Notes: generated by a model from the sequence alone, not told the origin. A stretch of DNA of 64,000 bases from an uncultured Coriobacteriia bacterium (GCA_942493275.1 OW818687.1:176743-240742), one strand, 5' to 3'. Counted from the first letter of the stretch, positions 33,866-46,724 are shown. Program-made: numbers and translations.

Positions 33866-34812
33866 GACTTCATCCACTCCTCGGGCTTTCGCTCCGAGCG
33901 GCCCCACGTGTAGAACTCGCGCGACGTCATGTCGCAGTTGCCGCACCAGGGAATCGGATTCCGCAGGAACTCGATCACCTTCTCGTGATCGGTCTCGTGC
34001 CTGACGTCGACGTAGTCATCCGGCGTGACCTCAAGACCGGGGATGTCGAACCGATCCCGGAACACGTCGGCGAACGCCGCATAGGCGCACGGATAGAGCT
34101 TCCCGTCACGAACGATGGGACAGTTGTTGAAGCCCTGGCAGCGATGGAACGACAGCTCGGTATCGTGCCCGCCAGCCGGATCGATCGGCACCTTGAAGAA
34201 CTCCTCGCGCTGCTCGGTCCACTCGACCTTCGCACCGTGCACCCGGCCGAGCCGGTTGATCTCATCGACGGGCAGTCCGATCGGGTACGAGTCGCACAGC
34301 AAGATGACGCCCGTGTCGGCAAGCGCCTTCCAGAACTCCTCATCCATGCGAGTCACCATGGTGCCGTTGGTCATGAGGTAGATCCGGGTCTTGGGAAACA
34401 CCTCGCGAGCCACCCTGACAAAGTCCGCAACTCGCGGATGGAGCAACGGCTCCCCGCCCAGCAGGTATATCTGCCGAACCGCCGAGAAGTGGCCCGCCAT
34501 CGCGCGCATATCCGTCTCGAACTCGCCGAGGTCTGCAAAGGTGGGCTTACATAGGTTCGAGAAGTGCGCACAGCCCTTGCAGTTCAGGTTGCAGTGATCG
34601 GTGATGTGGATCTCGAAGTGATACAGGACCGGCTTCTTGTGCAGCACGTACCTGCGCGCCCACACCACGGCCTTGGGCTCCCGGGACACCATGCTCTTGA
34701 GATAGACGGTGCGCAGGAATACATCCTTCACGCCGTCGACGAACCGGCCGGGAAGCAGCCGGCGGGCGGTGCGTCTCACGGAAGCAGGTACTCTGTCGAG
34801 AACCGACATCAT
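33862..34812 (-). CDS. radical SAM protein
   Basis: CNLNCKGC (CxxxCxxC), LLGGEPLLHP, TNG; C-terminal Cys residues C..FNNC...YPC...CGNC; start at 34812 after AAGGGAG. Confidence 0.88.
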   Translation of the reverse strand: MMSVLDRVPASVRRTARRLLPGRFVDGVKDVFLRTVYLKSMVSREPKAVVWARRYVLHKKPVLYHFEIHITDHCNLNCKGCAHFSNLCKPTFADLGEFETDMRAMAGHFSAVRQIYLLGGEPLLHPRVADFVRVAREVFPKTRIYLMTNGTMVTRMDEEFWKALADTGVILLCDSYPIGLPVDEINRLGRVHGAKVEWTEQREEFFKVPIDPAGGHDTELSFHRCQGFNNCPIVRDGKLYPCAYAAFADVFRDRFDIPGLEVTPDDYVDVRHETDHEKVIEFLRNPIPWCGNCDMTSREFYTWGRSERKPEEWMKS

Positions 34813-34966
34813 TCTCCCTTGGCGCTCGGGTTCAAGCGCGTCGACTTCAACTACACTCCATAGAGCAACTACGGTGCTCACCCGATGCAACATGGCACCG
34901 AGGCACTGGACAGTATACGGTGTCGCGGGTGTTCTGATGCGTTCGACCCGAAGGAGTTCTCGAAAG

Positions 34967-35833
34967 ATGGCGCCTGCTCGTCCGCTCGTCTCCATATTGA
35001 CGCCGTCTTTCAACCAGGCGGCCTGGCTCGGCGACAACCTACGCTCGGTCGCCTGCCAGACGTACACTCACATCGAGCACATCGTGATGGACGGCGGCTC
35101 GACCGACGGCAGCGTCGAGATTCTCGAGGCGGCGGACGGCATCACCTGGCGCAGTGAGTCCGACGACGGGCAGTCGGACGCGATCAACAAGGCGTTCGCG
35201 GTCTCCACCGGCGAGATCATCGGCTGGATCAACTCCGATGACGCCTACTTCGACTGCCGAGTCATCGAAGACGTGGTCGCATTCTTCGAGCGCCACCCTG
35301 ACGTCGACGTGGTCTACGGGCACGCCGCCCAGATCGCCGAGGACGGAACGATTATCCAGCTTCTGTGGACTCCCCCGTACGACCGGAACCTTCTCGGCGC
35401 GCTGTGCTTCATCGTGCAGCCGGCCGCGTTCATCCGACGCCGGGTGCTCGACGATCCGATGCTCGACCGGAGCTTCCACTTCGCGATGGACTACGAACTG
35501 TGGCTGAGGCTCGACGCGAAGGGAGCGCAGATCGATCGTATCGACCGCGTCACGGCGATCGACCGGCACCAGCCCGCGAGGAAGTCATCGACGATCCACG
35601 ACGTCTACCACGAGAATCTGTCCCGGCTCGAGTCGATGTACCCCATGCGCCTTACGGCCGAGTTCGACGCGCAGCGCTCGGCCTACTACCGCCGTCAGCG
35701 GCTCGCCGGTGCGCTGGTGATTCCCCGCATGGGACGCGACTTCGCGTTCAGCACGCCTGATGACCCGACACGCGGACTGTGGCGGCGCCAAATCGGCTCA
35801 CGCAAAAGCACGTGGCCCAAGGAGTACCGATGA
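34967..35833 (+). CDS. GT2 family glycosyltransferase (copy 1)
   Basis: VSILTPSFNQ, MDGGSTDGS, GQSDAINK, WINSDD, AMDYELWLR. Confidence 0.92.
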   Translation: MAPARPLVSILTPSFNQAAWLGDNLRSVACQTYTHIEHIVMDGGSTDGSVEILEAADGITWRSESDDGQSDAINKAFAVSTGEIIGWINSDDAYFDCRVIEDVVAFFERHPDVDVVYGHAAQIAEDGTIIQLLWTPPYDRNLLGALCFIVQPAAFIRRRVLDDPMLDRSFHFAMDYELWLRLDAKGAQIDRIDRVTAIDRHQPARKSSTIHDVYHENLSRLESMYPMRLTAEFDAQRSAYYRRQRLAGALVIPRMGRDFAFSTPDDPTRGLWRRQIGSRKSTWPKEYR

Positions 35834-36394
35834 TCGCCTCGGAAGGACCGCTCGTCTCCATATTGACGCCGTCTTTCAACCAGGCGACGTGGCTCGGCGA
35901 CAACCTGCGCTCGGTCGCCTGCCAGACATACCCTCACATCGAACACATCGTGATGGACGGCGGCTCGACCGACGGCAGCGTCGAGATTCTCGAGGCGGCA
36001 GACGGCATCACCTGGCGCAGCGAGGCCGACGACGGGCAGTCGGACGCGATCAACAAGGCGTTCGCGGTCTCCACAGGCGAGATCATCGGCTGGATCAACT
36101 CCGATGACGCCTACTTCGACTGCCGGGTCATCGAAGATGTGGTCGCGTTTTTCGAGCGCCACCCTGACGTCGACGTGGTCTACGGGCACGCCGCCCAGAT
36201 CGCCGAGGACGGAACGATCATCTGGATGATCTGGACTCCCCCGTTCTGGCGCCGCGTCCTGCGGATCACCAACTTCATCGGCCAGCCGGTCGCCTTCATC
36301 CGACGCCGCGTGCTCGACGATCCCATGCTCGACCGGAGCTTCCACTTCGCGATGGACTACGAGTTGTGGCTGAGACTCGATGCGAAGGGGGCCC
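34982..36394 (+). repeat. near-identical direct repeats from tandem GT2 duplication (34982-35352 vs 35848-36218; second block about 35429-35528 vs 36295-36394)
   Basis: Constant 866-bp offset; 14 mismatches in about 370 bp in the first block by manual count. Confidence 0.9.
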
Positions 36395-36726
36395 GGTTCA
36401 GGCGCATCAACCGCATCACCGCGGTCGACCGCCACCAGAAGGACCGCAAGTCGGTCACCATCGAGCACGTGATGCACGAGGACTATGACCGGCTCGCGGA
36501 CTCCCACGGCCGGGGCTACCCACGCGGCAAGCGCGTCCTCTCCCGAATCTTCTACGCGTGGCGCCGCGCCATGGGGGCCTTGCTCATCCCCGGAATCCCC
36601 GAGGAACTCGCGTTCACGCCCGTGCGCACGGGTCGAGGGGACCTGTTCAGGCGTCAGGCGCTGTCGTGGAACAAGGCGTGGCCGTACGACTACGTCGATA
36701 GCAGCGACGAGCCCGGAAAGGGCTAA
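35830..36726 (+). CDS. GT2 family glycosyltransferase (copy 2)
   Basis: Same motifs as copy 1; ATGA overlap with copy 1. Confidence 0.92.
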   Translation: MIASEGPLVSILTPSFNQATWLGDNLRSVACQTYPHIEHIVMDGGSTDGSVEILEAADGITWRSEADDGQSDAINKAFAVSTGEIIGWINSDDAYFDCRVIEDVVAFFERHPDVDVVYGHAAQIAEDGTIIWMIWTPPFWRRVLRITNFIGQPVAFIRRRVLDDPMLDRSFHFAMDYELWLRLDAKGARFRRINRITAVDRHQKDRKSVTIEHVMHEDYDRLADSHGRGYPRGKRVLSRIFYAWRRAMGALLIPGIPEELAFTPVRTGRGDLFRRQALSWNKAWPYDYVDSSDEPGKG

Positions 36727-38258
36727 CCGTCGCGCAGTACCCGCTTGCGCCTCCGCCACACGGCGACCGAAGTGATGAGGTCGGCACGCTCGTCCCGGCC
36801 AAGGCCGACGCCGGCGAACGCGAGCCAGTATGCCGCCGCCGAGACACCCGCGCCGATCAGGCACCCGATCAGCGATCCTGACAGCGGCGAGACGACGAGG
36901 GCGCCTGCGACGGCCGCCGGAACCAGCAGCAGCGGGTAGACCGGCAGCACGATCGAACGCAGCGCATCCGACCAGCTGAGTCCCGTTTCCTGCGCGAGGA
37001 ACCGCATGTGGAACGGGAAGTCCACGAGATGGGCCACCGACGTGCCGATGGCCACGCCCAGCACGCCGATCCGGGGGATCAGCAGCGCGCTCAGGCCCAC
37101 GTTGAGCACCGCCTGCATCACGATGTAGGGCACGCGGCGTCCGAGCCGCCCCTTGCTTATGACGATCGAATCCCCGACGAGCCCAAGCGCCATCAGGATG
37201 TGGGGGAAGATGAGTACCCGGGCCACGAGCGCCTGATCGGCGAACTCCTCCCCGAGCCACAGCACGATCACGGGCCCGACGAACACCATCGTCACGACCG
37301 TGATCGGTGCGATGAGGGCGGTCACGTACTTCGTGCCCCGCGTCAGCAGCGAACGCAGCGACGCCTCCCGCCCTTGTGCGCCCATGCTCGAGGCGAGCGG
37401 GAGAACGGCCGAGACCGACATGCCGGAGACGTAGGTGATCAGCGCGTTGAACTTCGACGCGGCCTCGTAGAGCGCAACGGCCGTCCCCCCCATGAACACG
37501 CCGAGCAACAGCCGATCGGTCTGCTGATAGAACAGCAGGTCGGAGAGCTGAACGACGAAGACCGCCCAGCTGAAGGTGAAGATCGAGCGCGCCGAGGCGC
37601 GACCCATGCCCTGGAACCGAACTGACGGGAGACCTGCGAGAATGCGCGAGGCGATCAGGTTCCCCGCCGAAACGACGACCATCACGACGCCGTTCAGCAC
37701 GACGAGCATGAGCGGTCCGGAGCCGGAGACGAGCACGTACCAGGTCGCGCCGATACTCAGCACCGTCGACGCGACACTCGAAGCTGCGAGAACGTCGTAG
37801 CGCTGCAACCCGCCGAGGATGTAGCGCGCCGCCGAAGACGGCCAGTACCACAACTGGAACAGTGCGCCGACCAGCAGCATGTCCTTGAGCAGCTCGGCGT
37901 CGGCAGCCGAGATGTCGAAGATGCGGCCCGCATAGACGCCTACGAGCGCCATGGCGATCGCCGCAACCACGCCGATTCCGGCATAGATAACCGTGGCGGT
38001 CGAAGCGGCCCCCACGAGGGCTGACCGGTCCTTCTTGGCGTGGTGCTCGGCCACGAGTGTCGTGAGTGCGGCGCCGATGCCCAGATCGAGCAGCACCGCG
38101 TAAGCCGACACGGAGGTTGCCAGCATGTAGATGCCGTAGTGCTCGAGCCCGAACGCCTCGATGAGCAGCGGCATGAACACGAGCGACGCAAGCATCGCAA
38201 CGACCTGAGACGAGCCGTTCGCGAGCGTGTTGAGTACGAGCCGCCGCTTCTCGTTCAT
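36723..38258 (-). CDS. wzx: Wzx-type oligosaccharide flippase (MOP family)
   Basis: About 14 TM helices; LGLEHYGIY, LDLGIGAAL, QTDRLLLG..G..AVALYEAA. Confidence 0.85.
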   Translation of the reverse strand: MNEKRRLVLNTLANGSSQVVAMLASLVFMPLLIEAFGLEHYGIYMLATSVSAYAVLLDLGIGAALTTLVAEHHAKKDRSALVGAASTATVIYAGIGVVAAIAMALVGVYAGRIFDISAADAELLKDMLLVGALFQLWYWPSSAARYILGGLQRYDVLAASSVASTVLSIGATWYVLVSGSGPLMLVVLNGVVMVVVSAGNLIASRILAGLPSVRFQGMGRASARSIFTFSWAVFVVQLSDLLFYQQTDRLLLGVFMGGTAVALYEAASKFNALITYVSGMSVSAVLPLASSMGAQGREASLRSLLTRGTKYVTALIAPITVVTMVFVGPVIVLWLGEEFADQALVARVLIFPHILMALGLVGDSIVISKGRLGRRVPYIVMQAVLNVGLSALLIPRIGVLGVAIGTSVAHLVDFPFHMRFLAQETGLSWSDALRSIVLPVYPLLLVPAAVAGALVVSPLSGSLIGCLIGAGVSAAAYWLAFAGVGLGRDERADLITSVAVWRRRKRVLRDG

Positions 38259-38297
38259 CGCGTCACGCGGCCCGCACGCGACATTCGACGACTGCGA

Positions 38298-40512
<2,215 letters not shown>

Positions 40513-40520
<8 letters not shown>

Positions 40521-41148
40521 CGCCGTGAAGCGTGTCATAGACGTGGCCATCTCCGCCGCGGCCCTGCTCCTGCTGAGCCCGGTGCTCGCGGGCATCGCGA
40601 TAGCCGTGCGCGTCAAGCTCGGTGCACCCGTGTTGTTCCAGCAGCCGCGCCCGGGGAGAAACGCCCGCATCTTCACGCTGTATAAGTTCCGCTCGATGCG
40701 TGATCTACCGGCGCACACCACGGCGGTCGACGCCGTGGCAACCGATGCCGAGCGGCTGACGCCTTTCGGCCGGAGACTTCGTTCCACCTCGCTCGACGAG
40801 CTGCCGTCGTTCGTCAACGTACTCAAGGGCGACATGAGCCTCGTCGGCCCACGCCCCCTGCTCCCCGAGTACGTTCCTCGGTACAATGAGGCGCAGGCGA
40901 GAAGGCACGAGGTCCGTCCGGGTATCACGGGATGGGCGCAGGTCAACGGCAGAAACGCCACCAGTTGGGAGGAGCGGTTCGAGATGGACGTGTGGTACGT
41001 CGATCACCGCTCGGTGTGGCTGGACCTGAAGATCGCCTACATGACGATAGCAACTGTCTTTGGCCGCTCGGGAGTCTCCGCGCCGGGTGAGGCCACCATG
41101 GCACCGTTCGACCCGGCAGCGCAGCGAAAGGACGACCACGCATCGTGA
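40513..41148 (+). CDS. initiating phosphoglycosyltransferase (PglC-like, monotopic)
   Basis: KRVIDV, LYKFRSM, LRSTSLDELP, GDMSLVGPRP, RPGITGWAQVNGRN, DVWYV. Confidence 0.92.
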
Positions 41149-41762
41149 AACGGCTACTCATCATCGGCTCGGGTGGTCACGCCAAGGTCGTCACCGCCGC
41201 AGCCGAAGCAGCGGGGTGGTCCATCGCCGGCATCGTCGATGCGACCACCGACCGCACCGAGCTGCTCGGACACCCGATCAGCGCTTCGTGCGACACCGCT
41301 GAAGCGGATGCGTTCATCATCGCGGTCGGAGACAACAGGACGCGTCGGGCCCGTTTCGAGGAGTGGAGCGGCTGTGGACTGGCTGCCGCCACCGTGATTC
41401 ACCCTTCCGCGATCGTGGCTAGCACAGCGTCGATCGGCGCGGGCACGTTCGTCTCGGCGGGCGTGATCGTCAACCCGGATGCGCGCATCGGTGACAACGT
41501 GATCCTCAACACCGGCTGCATCGTGGAACACGACTGCGTCGTCGCCGACCACGCCCACGTGGGCCCCGCCTCGAGCCTGTGCGGAAACGTGTCGGTGGGC
41601 AGCGGCGCGCTCCTCGGTACGGGCGTCAACGCGATTCCCGGTATCAGCATCGGCACGTGGAGCGTGTGCGGAGCCGGTGCCGCGGTGGTCAAGGACATTC
41701 CGGCCGACTGCGTGTGCGCCGGCGTGCCCGCGCGCATCGTACGTGCCGTCGAGGAGCTTTGA
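41145..41762 (+). CDS. sugar N-acetyltransferase (PglD/NeuD-like)
   Basis: IGSGGHAKVV, AVGDNRTR, hexapeptide repeats, EHDC..HV, AGVPAR. Confidence 0.9.
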   Translation: MKRLLIIGSGGHAKVVTAAAEAAGWSIAGIVDATTDRTELLGHPISASCDTAEADAFIIAVGDNRTRRARFEEWSGCGLAAATVIHPSAIVASTASIGAGTFVSAGVIVNPDARIGDNVILNTGCIVEHDCVVADHAHVGPASSLCGNVSVGSGALLGTGVNAIPGISIGTWSVCGAGAAVVKDIPADCVCAGVPARIVRAVEEL

Positions 41763-42985
41763 TGAGGTCGGGACTGTCGATCGACGGCGGCTCGCCGGTG
41801 CGAACCCTCCCCCTCCCCGGATGGCCATCCCCCGGCGACGCGGAGGCGGCGGCGGTCGAGTCGGTCGTGCGATCGGGCCGGCTCAACTACTGGGTCGGTG
41901 ACCAGGGACGCGATCTCGAGGCGTCGTACGCCGAGACACTCGGGCGTGCACACGCGATCGCCGTCGCGAACGGGACTCTGGCGCTCGAGCTCGCGCTTAG
42001 GGCCTTCCTGATCGGGCCCGGTGACGACGTCGTGGTCCCCGCGCGCACGTTCATCGCGACCGCCAGCGCGGTCGTGGCCGTGGGCGCCCGACCGGTGATC
42101 GCCGACATCGACCCGGACTCCGGCAACATGACGGCCACGACGCTCGAAGCCGCGCTTACCCCGGCGACGCGCGCCGTGATACCCGTGCATCTTGGCGGCT
42201 GGCCCGTCGACATGGAGCCGCTGCTCGCGATCGCCCGAAAGCACCGGCTGACGGTCATCGAGGATGCGGCACAGGCCCACGGGGGCCGATATCAGGGCCG
42301 TCCTGTGGGCGGGCTCGGCAGTCACGCGGCGGCGTTCTCCTTCTGCCAGGACAAGATCATCCCCGCGGGCGAAGGCGGCATCCTCGTGCTGGACGACGAC
42401 GATGCCTACCAGCGCGCGTGGGCGTACAAGGATCACGGCAAGTCGCTTGAGAAGGTGACGGCCATGGCTCAGGCGGGCGGCGGATCGACCTCCTACCAGT
42501 GGCTGGTCGACGGGTTTGGCACCAACTGGCGACTCAGCGAGTTGCCGGCCGCTCTCGTCCGTGTCGGACTCGAACGCCTGGACGAGTGGCACGGCGTGCG
42601 GACACGCAACGCCCTGAGCCTCGCCGAAGGCCTTGCCGATGTTCCGGGACTCACGATCCCGCTTCCGCCGGCAGGCACCGAGCACGCCTTCTACCGGCTG
42701 TACGGGCGAATCCGACTCGAGGAGCTGTCGAGCGGGTGGACGCGCGACCGGATCACCTCGGCCATCGGCGCCGAAGGCGTTCCCGTGCAGTACGGCACGT
42801 GCGCCGAGATCTACCGAGAGCGTGCGTTCCTCACAGCGGGACTCGGTCCCGAGACACGGTTGGCCGGCGCGTGCGCCGCTCACGAGAGTTCCATTGCGTT
42901 CTTCGTCCACCCCACGTTGTCGGAGTCAGACATCCAAGACACGGTCACCGCAACCCGCAAGGTGATGGAGGCAGCCACATCGTGA
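41762..42985 (+). CDS. DegT/DnrJ/EryC1/StrS sugar aminotransferase (PglE-like)
   Basis: ANGTLALELAL, PVHLGG, EDAAQAHG, SFCQDKII..GEGG, GTNWRL. Confidence 0.9.
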   Translation: MRSGLSIDGGSPVRTLPLPGWPSPGDAEAAAVESVVRSGRLNYWVGDQGRDLEASYAETLGRAHAIAVANGTLALELALRAFLIGPGDDVVVPARTFIATASAVVAVGARPVIADIDPDSGNMTATTLEAALTPATRAVIPVHLGGWPVDMEPLLAIARKHRLTVIEDAAQAHGGRYQGRPVGGLGSHAAAFSFCQDKIIPAGEGGILVLDDDDAYQRAWAYKDHGKSLEKVTAMAQAGGGSTSYQWLVDGFGTNWRLSELPAALVRVGLERLDEWHGVRTRNALSLAEGLADVPGLTIPLPPAGTEHAFYRLYGRIRLEELSSGWTRDRITSAIGAEGVPVQYGTCAEIYRERAFLTAGLGPETRLAGACAAHESSIAFFVHPTLSESDIQDTVTATRKVMEAATS

Positions 42986-44847
42986 CGCCTACAGAGATGT
43001 TCAGACGCGTTCGGGCCACCGGGCGGCTGTGGAACTCCGCGCTCGTGGTGCTTGATGCGGCGATCGTGGTCATGGCGACGGTCGCGGCCTACTACGCGCG
43101 CTTCGAAGGCGTCGTACCCGACGTGTTCGCCCAGTGGACCATGCCGCTGATGTGGCTCTCGGTGTTCCTCTACGGATCCTTGTTCGCGGCGTTCGGGCTT
43201 TACCGCCTGGTTCTGCGATTTGTCAGCATCGACACGCTCATTCGGCTCTTCGGCGCGACCATCATCGCCGTCTCGGTGCTTCTGGCGATCGATGTCCTAC
43301 TGCCGCAAGAAGCCGGGACGCGCGCCGTCCCGTTCGGCGTGCTGTTCATCCAGGCGGTGCTCGTGTTCCTTGGCGCCGCAGGTATCCGTGTTGCCGCCCG
43401 CATCCTCATCCACATCAGGGCGGCGCGGCCGATTGGACGGCGCGTGTTGATCGTCGGCGCGGGCAATGCCGGCTCCCTGCTTCTGCGTGAAATACAGAAC
43501 CGCCCTGACCTCAACCTGTCCGTGATCTGCTTCCTCGACGACGACCGGCGCCTTACCGGTCGGACCATCAACGGGGTACCGGTCCTGGGCACCACCGACA
43601 AGCTCGCCGAAACGGTAGCCAAGAAGGCGATCCAAGAGGTCATGGTCGCGCTTCCCTCGGCCTCCCAAGACGCCGTGAGAGCCATTCTGAACGCCGCAGC
43701 TGACGCAGACGTGCAGACACGCGTCATGCCCAAGATCGTGGTGGAGACGGGCTCTGTGAGCCTGCGCGACCTGAGGCCGGTCGACGTCGAGGACCTGCTC
43801 GGAAGAGATCCGGCTGCAATCGACATCGAGCAGGTGCGCGAAACGATCACCGGCAAGTCGGTTGCCGTCACCGGAGCGGCGGGCTCGATCGGCTCGGAAC
43901 TGTGCCGCCAGGTCATGCAGCTTGCACCCGCGCGCCTCATACTGATCGAGATCGACGAGAGCCGGCTCTACGAACTGTGGCTCGAGCTGTCACAGATCGA
44001 CCCGGACGTCCCGGTCATGTGCCTGTGCGACATCAGAGACCCGCGAACCTTGGACGCGGCCTTCGAACGCTACCGACCGGAGTTGGTTCTCCACGCCGCG
44101 GCCTATAAGCACGTGCCACTCATCGAGGTTGCCCCCGCCGAGGCGGTCAAGACCAACGTGATGGGAACTCTGCAACTCATGGAGGCATGTGAGAGACACG
44201 GCGTCGCCCGCTTCGTCCTCATATCGACGGACAAGGCGGTCGCGCCCGCCAATATGATGGGCCTGACCAAGTCACTCGCCGAGCGCATCATGCTGGCCGA
44301 GACGCGCGACAACGCACTGCACGCGGTCGCGGTCCGCTTCGGCAACGTCCTCGGAAGCCGCGGCTCCGTGGTGCCGATCTTCGAGGAGCAACTGCGCCAC
44401 GGCGGACCGGTGACCGTCACCGATCCGGAGGTCACGCGCTACTTCATGACGATTCCGGAGGCGGCACGGCTGGTTCTCCAGGCGCAGGCGATCGGTGCAC
44501 CTGGCGACATCTTCGTGCTCGAGATGGGCGAACCGGTGCGAATCGTGGACCTCGCTCGCAAGATGATCGCGCTGTCCGGCGTGCCCGCCGAGGTGCGTTT
44601 CACGGGGCTGAGACCCGGCGAGAAGCTGCACGAGCGCCTCATCACAGAGACCGAGTCGCTCCTCCCCACCCAGTGCGACCGCATCCTCCGAGTCGACCGC
44701 GTTCACGTCCTCGAGCCCGACTTCGATGAAGCCATCGACGCACTCGTGGATGCAGCGATCGTCCTCGACGAGGCGGCGTTGGCGGGTGCAGTGGATCGGC
44801 TCGAGCCCGGCTTCGCGGAGCGCGCCTCCCGAATGGCAGCCGGCTAG
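42982..44847 (+). CDS. membrane-bound UDP-GlcNAc 4,6-dehydratase (PglF/CapD/WbpM-like)
   Basis: Four N-terminal TMs; TGAAGSIGSEL, HAAAYKHVP, STDKAV, RFGNVLGSRGSV, VTRYFMTIPEA, LRPGEKLHE. Confidence 0.93.
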   Translation: MTPTEMFRRVRATGRLWNSALVVLDAAIVVMATVAAYYARFEGVVPDVFAQWTMPLMWLSVFLYGSLFAAFGLYRLVLRFVSIDTLIRLFGATIIAVSVLLAIDVLLPQEAGTRAVPFGVLFIQAVLVFLGAAGIRVAARILIHIRAARPIGRRVLIVGAGNAGSLLLREIQNRPDLNLSVICFLDDDRRLTGRTINGVPVLGTTDKLAETVAKKAIQEVMVALPSASQDAVRAILNAAADADVQTRVMPKIVVETGSVSLRDLRPVDVEDLLGRDPAAIDIEQVRETITGKSVAVTGAAGSIGSELCRQVMQLAPARLILIEIDESRLYELWLELSQIDPDVPVMCLCDIRDPRTLDAAFERYRPELVLHAAAYKHVPLIEVAPAEAVKTNVMGTLQLMEACERHGVARFVLISTDKAVAPANMMGLTKSLAERIMLAETRDNALHAVAVRFGNVLGSRGSVVPIFEEQLRHGGPVTVTDPEVTRYFMTIPEAARLVLQAQAIGAPGDIFVLEMGEPVRIVDLARKMIALSGVPAEVRFTGLRPGEKLHERLITETESLLPTQCDRILRVDRVHVLEPDFDEAIDALVDAAIVLDEAALAGAVDRLEPGFAERASRMAAG

Positions 44848-46679
44848 AAGGTCCCCGAGTCCCGAATCGCCTGCGCCTTCGCCTCGTACTCGGCGGCCTT
44901 CTCGGCGTTCCCTGCTTCACGCCAGTACGTGGCCTCGATGTCGATGGTTGCGATGGTCTCGCCAAGCTCGGCGGCCCTGTCGAGCATCTCGCGAGCACCT
45001 TCCTGGTCACCCTTTGCCAGGCGGTACTGAGCCAGAGCGGCCCACGCGTTGGGCGAGCCCGGTATCAGTTCGGCAGCCCGCGTGAAGGCTTCTTCCACCG
45101 CCTGCGGCTCAGCCTGATAGCCCGCCAGCGTGAGCGCGTACTCCATCGCGTACGCAGGGTTCGAAGGATCGAGTTCGACCGCCCTCTTCGCTGCGACGAG
45201 GTCCGGTTGATCCGCCGCGAGCGTGGGGTCCTCCTGCACCGCAAAGCCCCAGTCCAGCGACGAGCGCCAGTACAGGAACGGGTCAAAACCCCATGCGTCC
45301 GCAAGCGCCGTGGTCGTGCGAGCGTCGGCGAAGGTCGGCTCGTCCACCCGCGCGAGCACGAACCGGGTGAGACCGGACATGCCCAGGACCAGAGCGACAA
45401 GACTCGCGAACACCGTGACGGCAACCCGAGCGCCCCTGGAGCTGCCGACAGCCGACGCTTCCCCATGCGGTTTCGGCACCCGCAATGATGCGCCGAGCAC
45501 CAGTGCCGCAATCGGCAGGGACTGGAGCGCGGCGGGGGCGATGAGGCACAGAGCGCCATAGAGCACGATTCCCTGGACGAAGGGCTCGACGTCACCAAAG
45601 GAACCCGCCTTGGCCTGATGCACCCAGTTGCGCACGACCTCGAACGCAACCCAGCCGGCGAGGGCCAGTCCCACGACTCCGGTCGAGACCAGGATCCAGA
45701 CGAGCGCGTTGTGCGGGTCAGCGCTCACGCCTGCGAGCGCGTACGGCCCCCATATGTGATCGCCCGTGACGACCTGCCACGCCCCTGAAACGTAGCCGTC
45801 CGGTCCCCACCCCTGAACGGGTCGCATCAGGAATCCGAGCCAGCCGTCGTAGGCGAGCGTGTAACGTTCGGTCACGAACTCGGTAGCAGCCGTCCTCAGC
45901 GGGCTGAGCAGCAACCCGGCAAACGCTACGACCCACAGTCCTACGCCGAGGGCCACGGTGGTCAGCTTCGACCAGCCCGCGCGCAACAGCGCACGTGCCC
46001 CCTCGAAGGTGAGCCACAGGAGCAAGAAGGCCGTCGCTGCAAGTGCGTATCCACCGAGCAGGGCAACGAACACGGCCGCCACGAGCGTCGCGCGCCACAG
46101 CAGCGGGCGATCACGCAGGGACATCAGAGCAATCGGGAGCAGCAGGACCAGCACCTGCCCCAGGATGGTGGAGTTCGAAGTGGAGCCCGACACGTGAACG
46201 CGGGCAGAGAGCTCGTAGACCGCCGCAAGGACTTCGACGATGACGATGGCCAGGGCCGCCGTGCCCAGCAGCTTCCGACCCTGTGCACCCATCTCCACAC
46301 CCGAGATCACCACGAAACCAACCGCGGCCAGCGTCACCCAACCGATGTGACTGCCGTAGACACCGAAGAGCCCGCGCGCCAGCGACGGCGCGGTTACGGT
46401 ACCGATCACGGCCCACGCAAGCCATCCGGTCCACGCCCACATGAGCGGCCAGCGTACATAGGCGCCCAGTACGTCTTCGCGCGGCAGGAACACCAGACCC
46501 GTCGCAACAGCGGCTGCCAGCGCGATGACGGGCCAGTCGGTGGCTTGGCTCGCGCCGAACGGCACGAAGCCGACGAACAACGCCGCGGCGGCTATCGAGA
46601 CAAGAGCAATCGCGTATGGGCGATGCTGCTCCATCTCGACCCTGACCTTTGCTGCCTGCGCCTTCTTCTTAGCCACCAC
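44844..46679 (-). CDS. O-antigen ligase (Wzy_C) family protein with C-terminal TPR repeats; candidate O-oligosaccharyltransferase
   Basis: RPVQGWGPDGY...DPHNALV; TPR-like AVELDPSNPAY..AAELIPGSPNAW. Confidence 0.8.
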   Translation of the reverse strand: MVAKKKAQAAKVRVEMEQHRPYAIALVSIAAAALFVGFVPFGASQATDWPVIALAAAVATGLVFLPREDVLGAYVRWPLMWAWTGWLAWAVIGTVTAPSLARGLFGVYGSHIGWVTLAAVGFVVISGVEMGAQGRKLLGTAALAIVIVEVLAAVYELSARVHVSGSTSNSTILGQVLVLLLPIALMSLRDRPLLWRATLVAAVFVALLGGYALAATAFLLLWLTFEGARALLRAGWSKLTTVALGVGLWVVAFAGLLLSPLRTAATEFVTERYTLAYDGWLGFLMRPVQGWGPDGYVSGAWQVVTGDHIWGPYALAGVSADPHNALVWILVSTGVVGLALAGWVAFEVVRNWVHQAKAGSFGDVEPFVQGIVLYGALCLIAPAALQSLPIAALVLGASLRVPKPHGEASAVGSSRGARVAVTVFASLVALVLGMSGLTRFVLARVDEPTFADARTTTALADAWGFDPFLYWRSSLDWGFAVQEDPTLAADQPDLVAAKRAVELDPSNPAYAMEYALTLAGYQAEPQAVEEAFTRAAELIPGSPNAWAALAQYRLAKGDQEGAREMLDRAAELGETIATIDIEATYWREAGNAEKAAEYEAKAQAIRDSGTF

Positions 46680-46724
46680 TGCACCCTTCTACTGCGCGAA
46701 CCGACGACTCGGGCTCGGCGTGCG

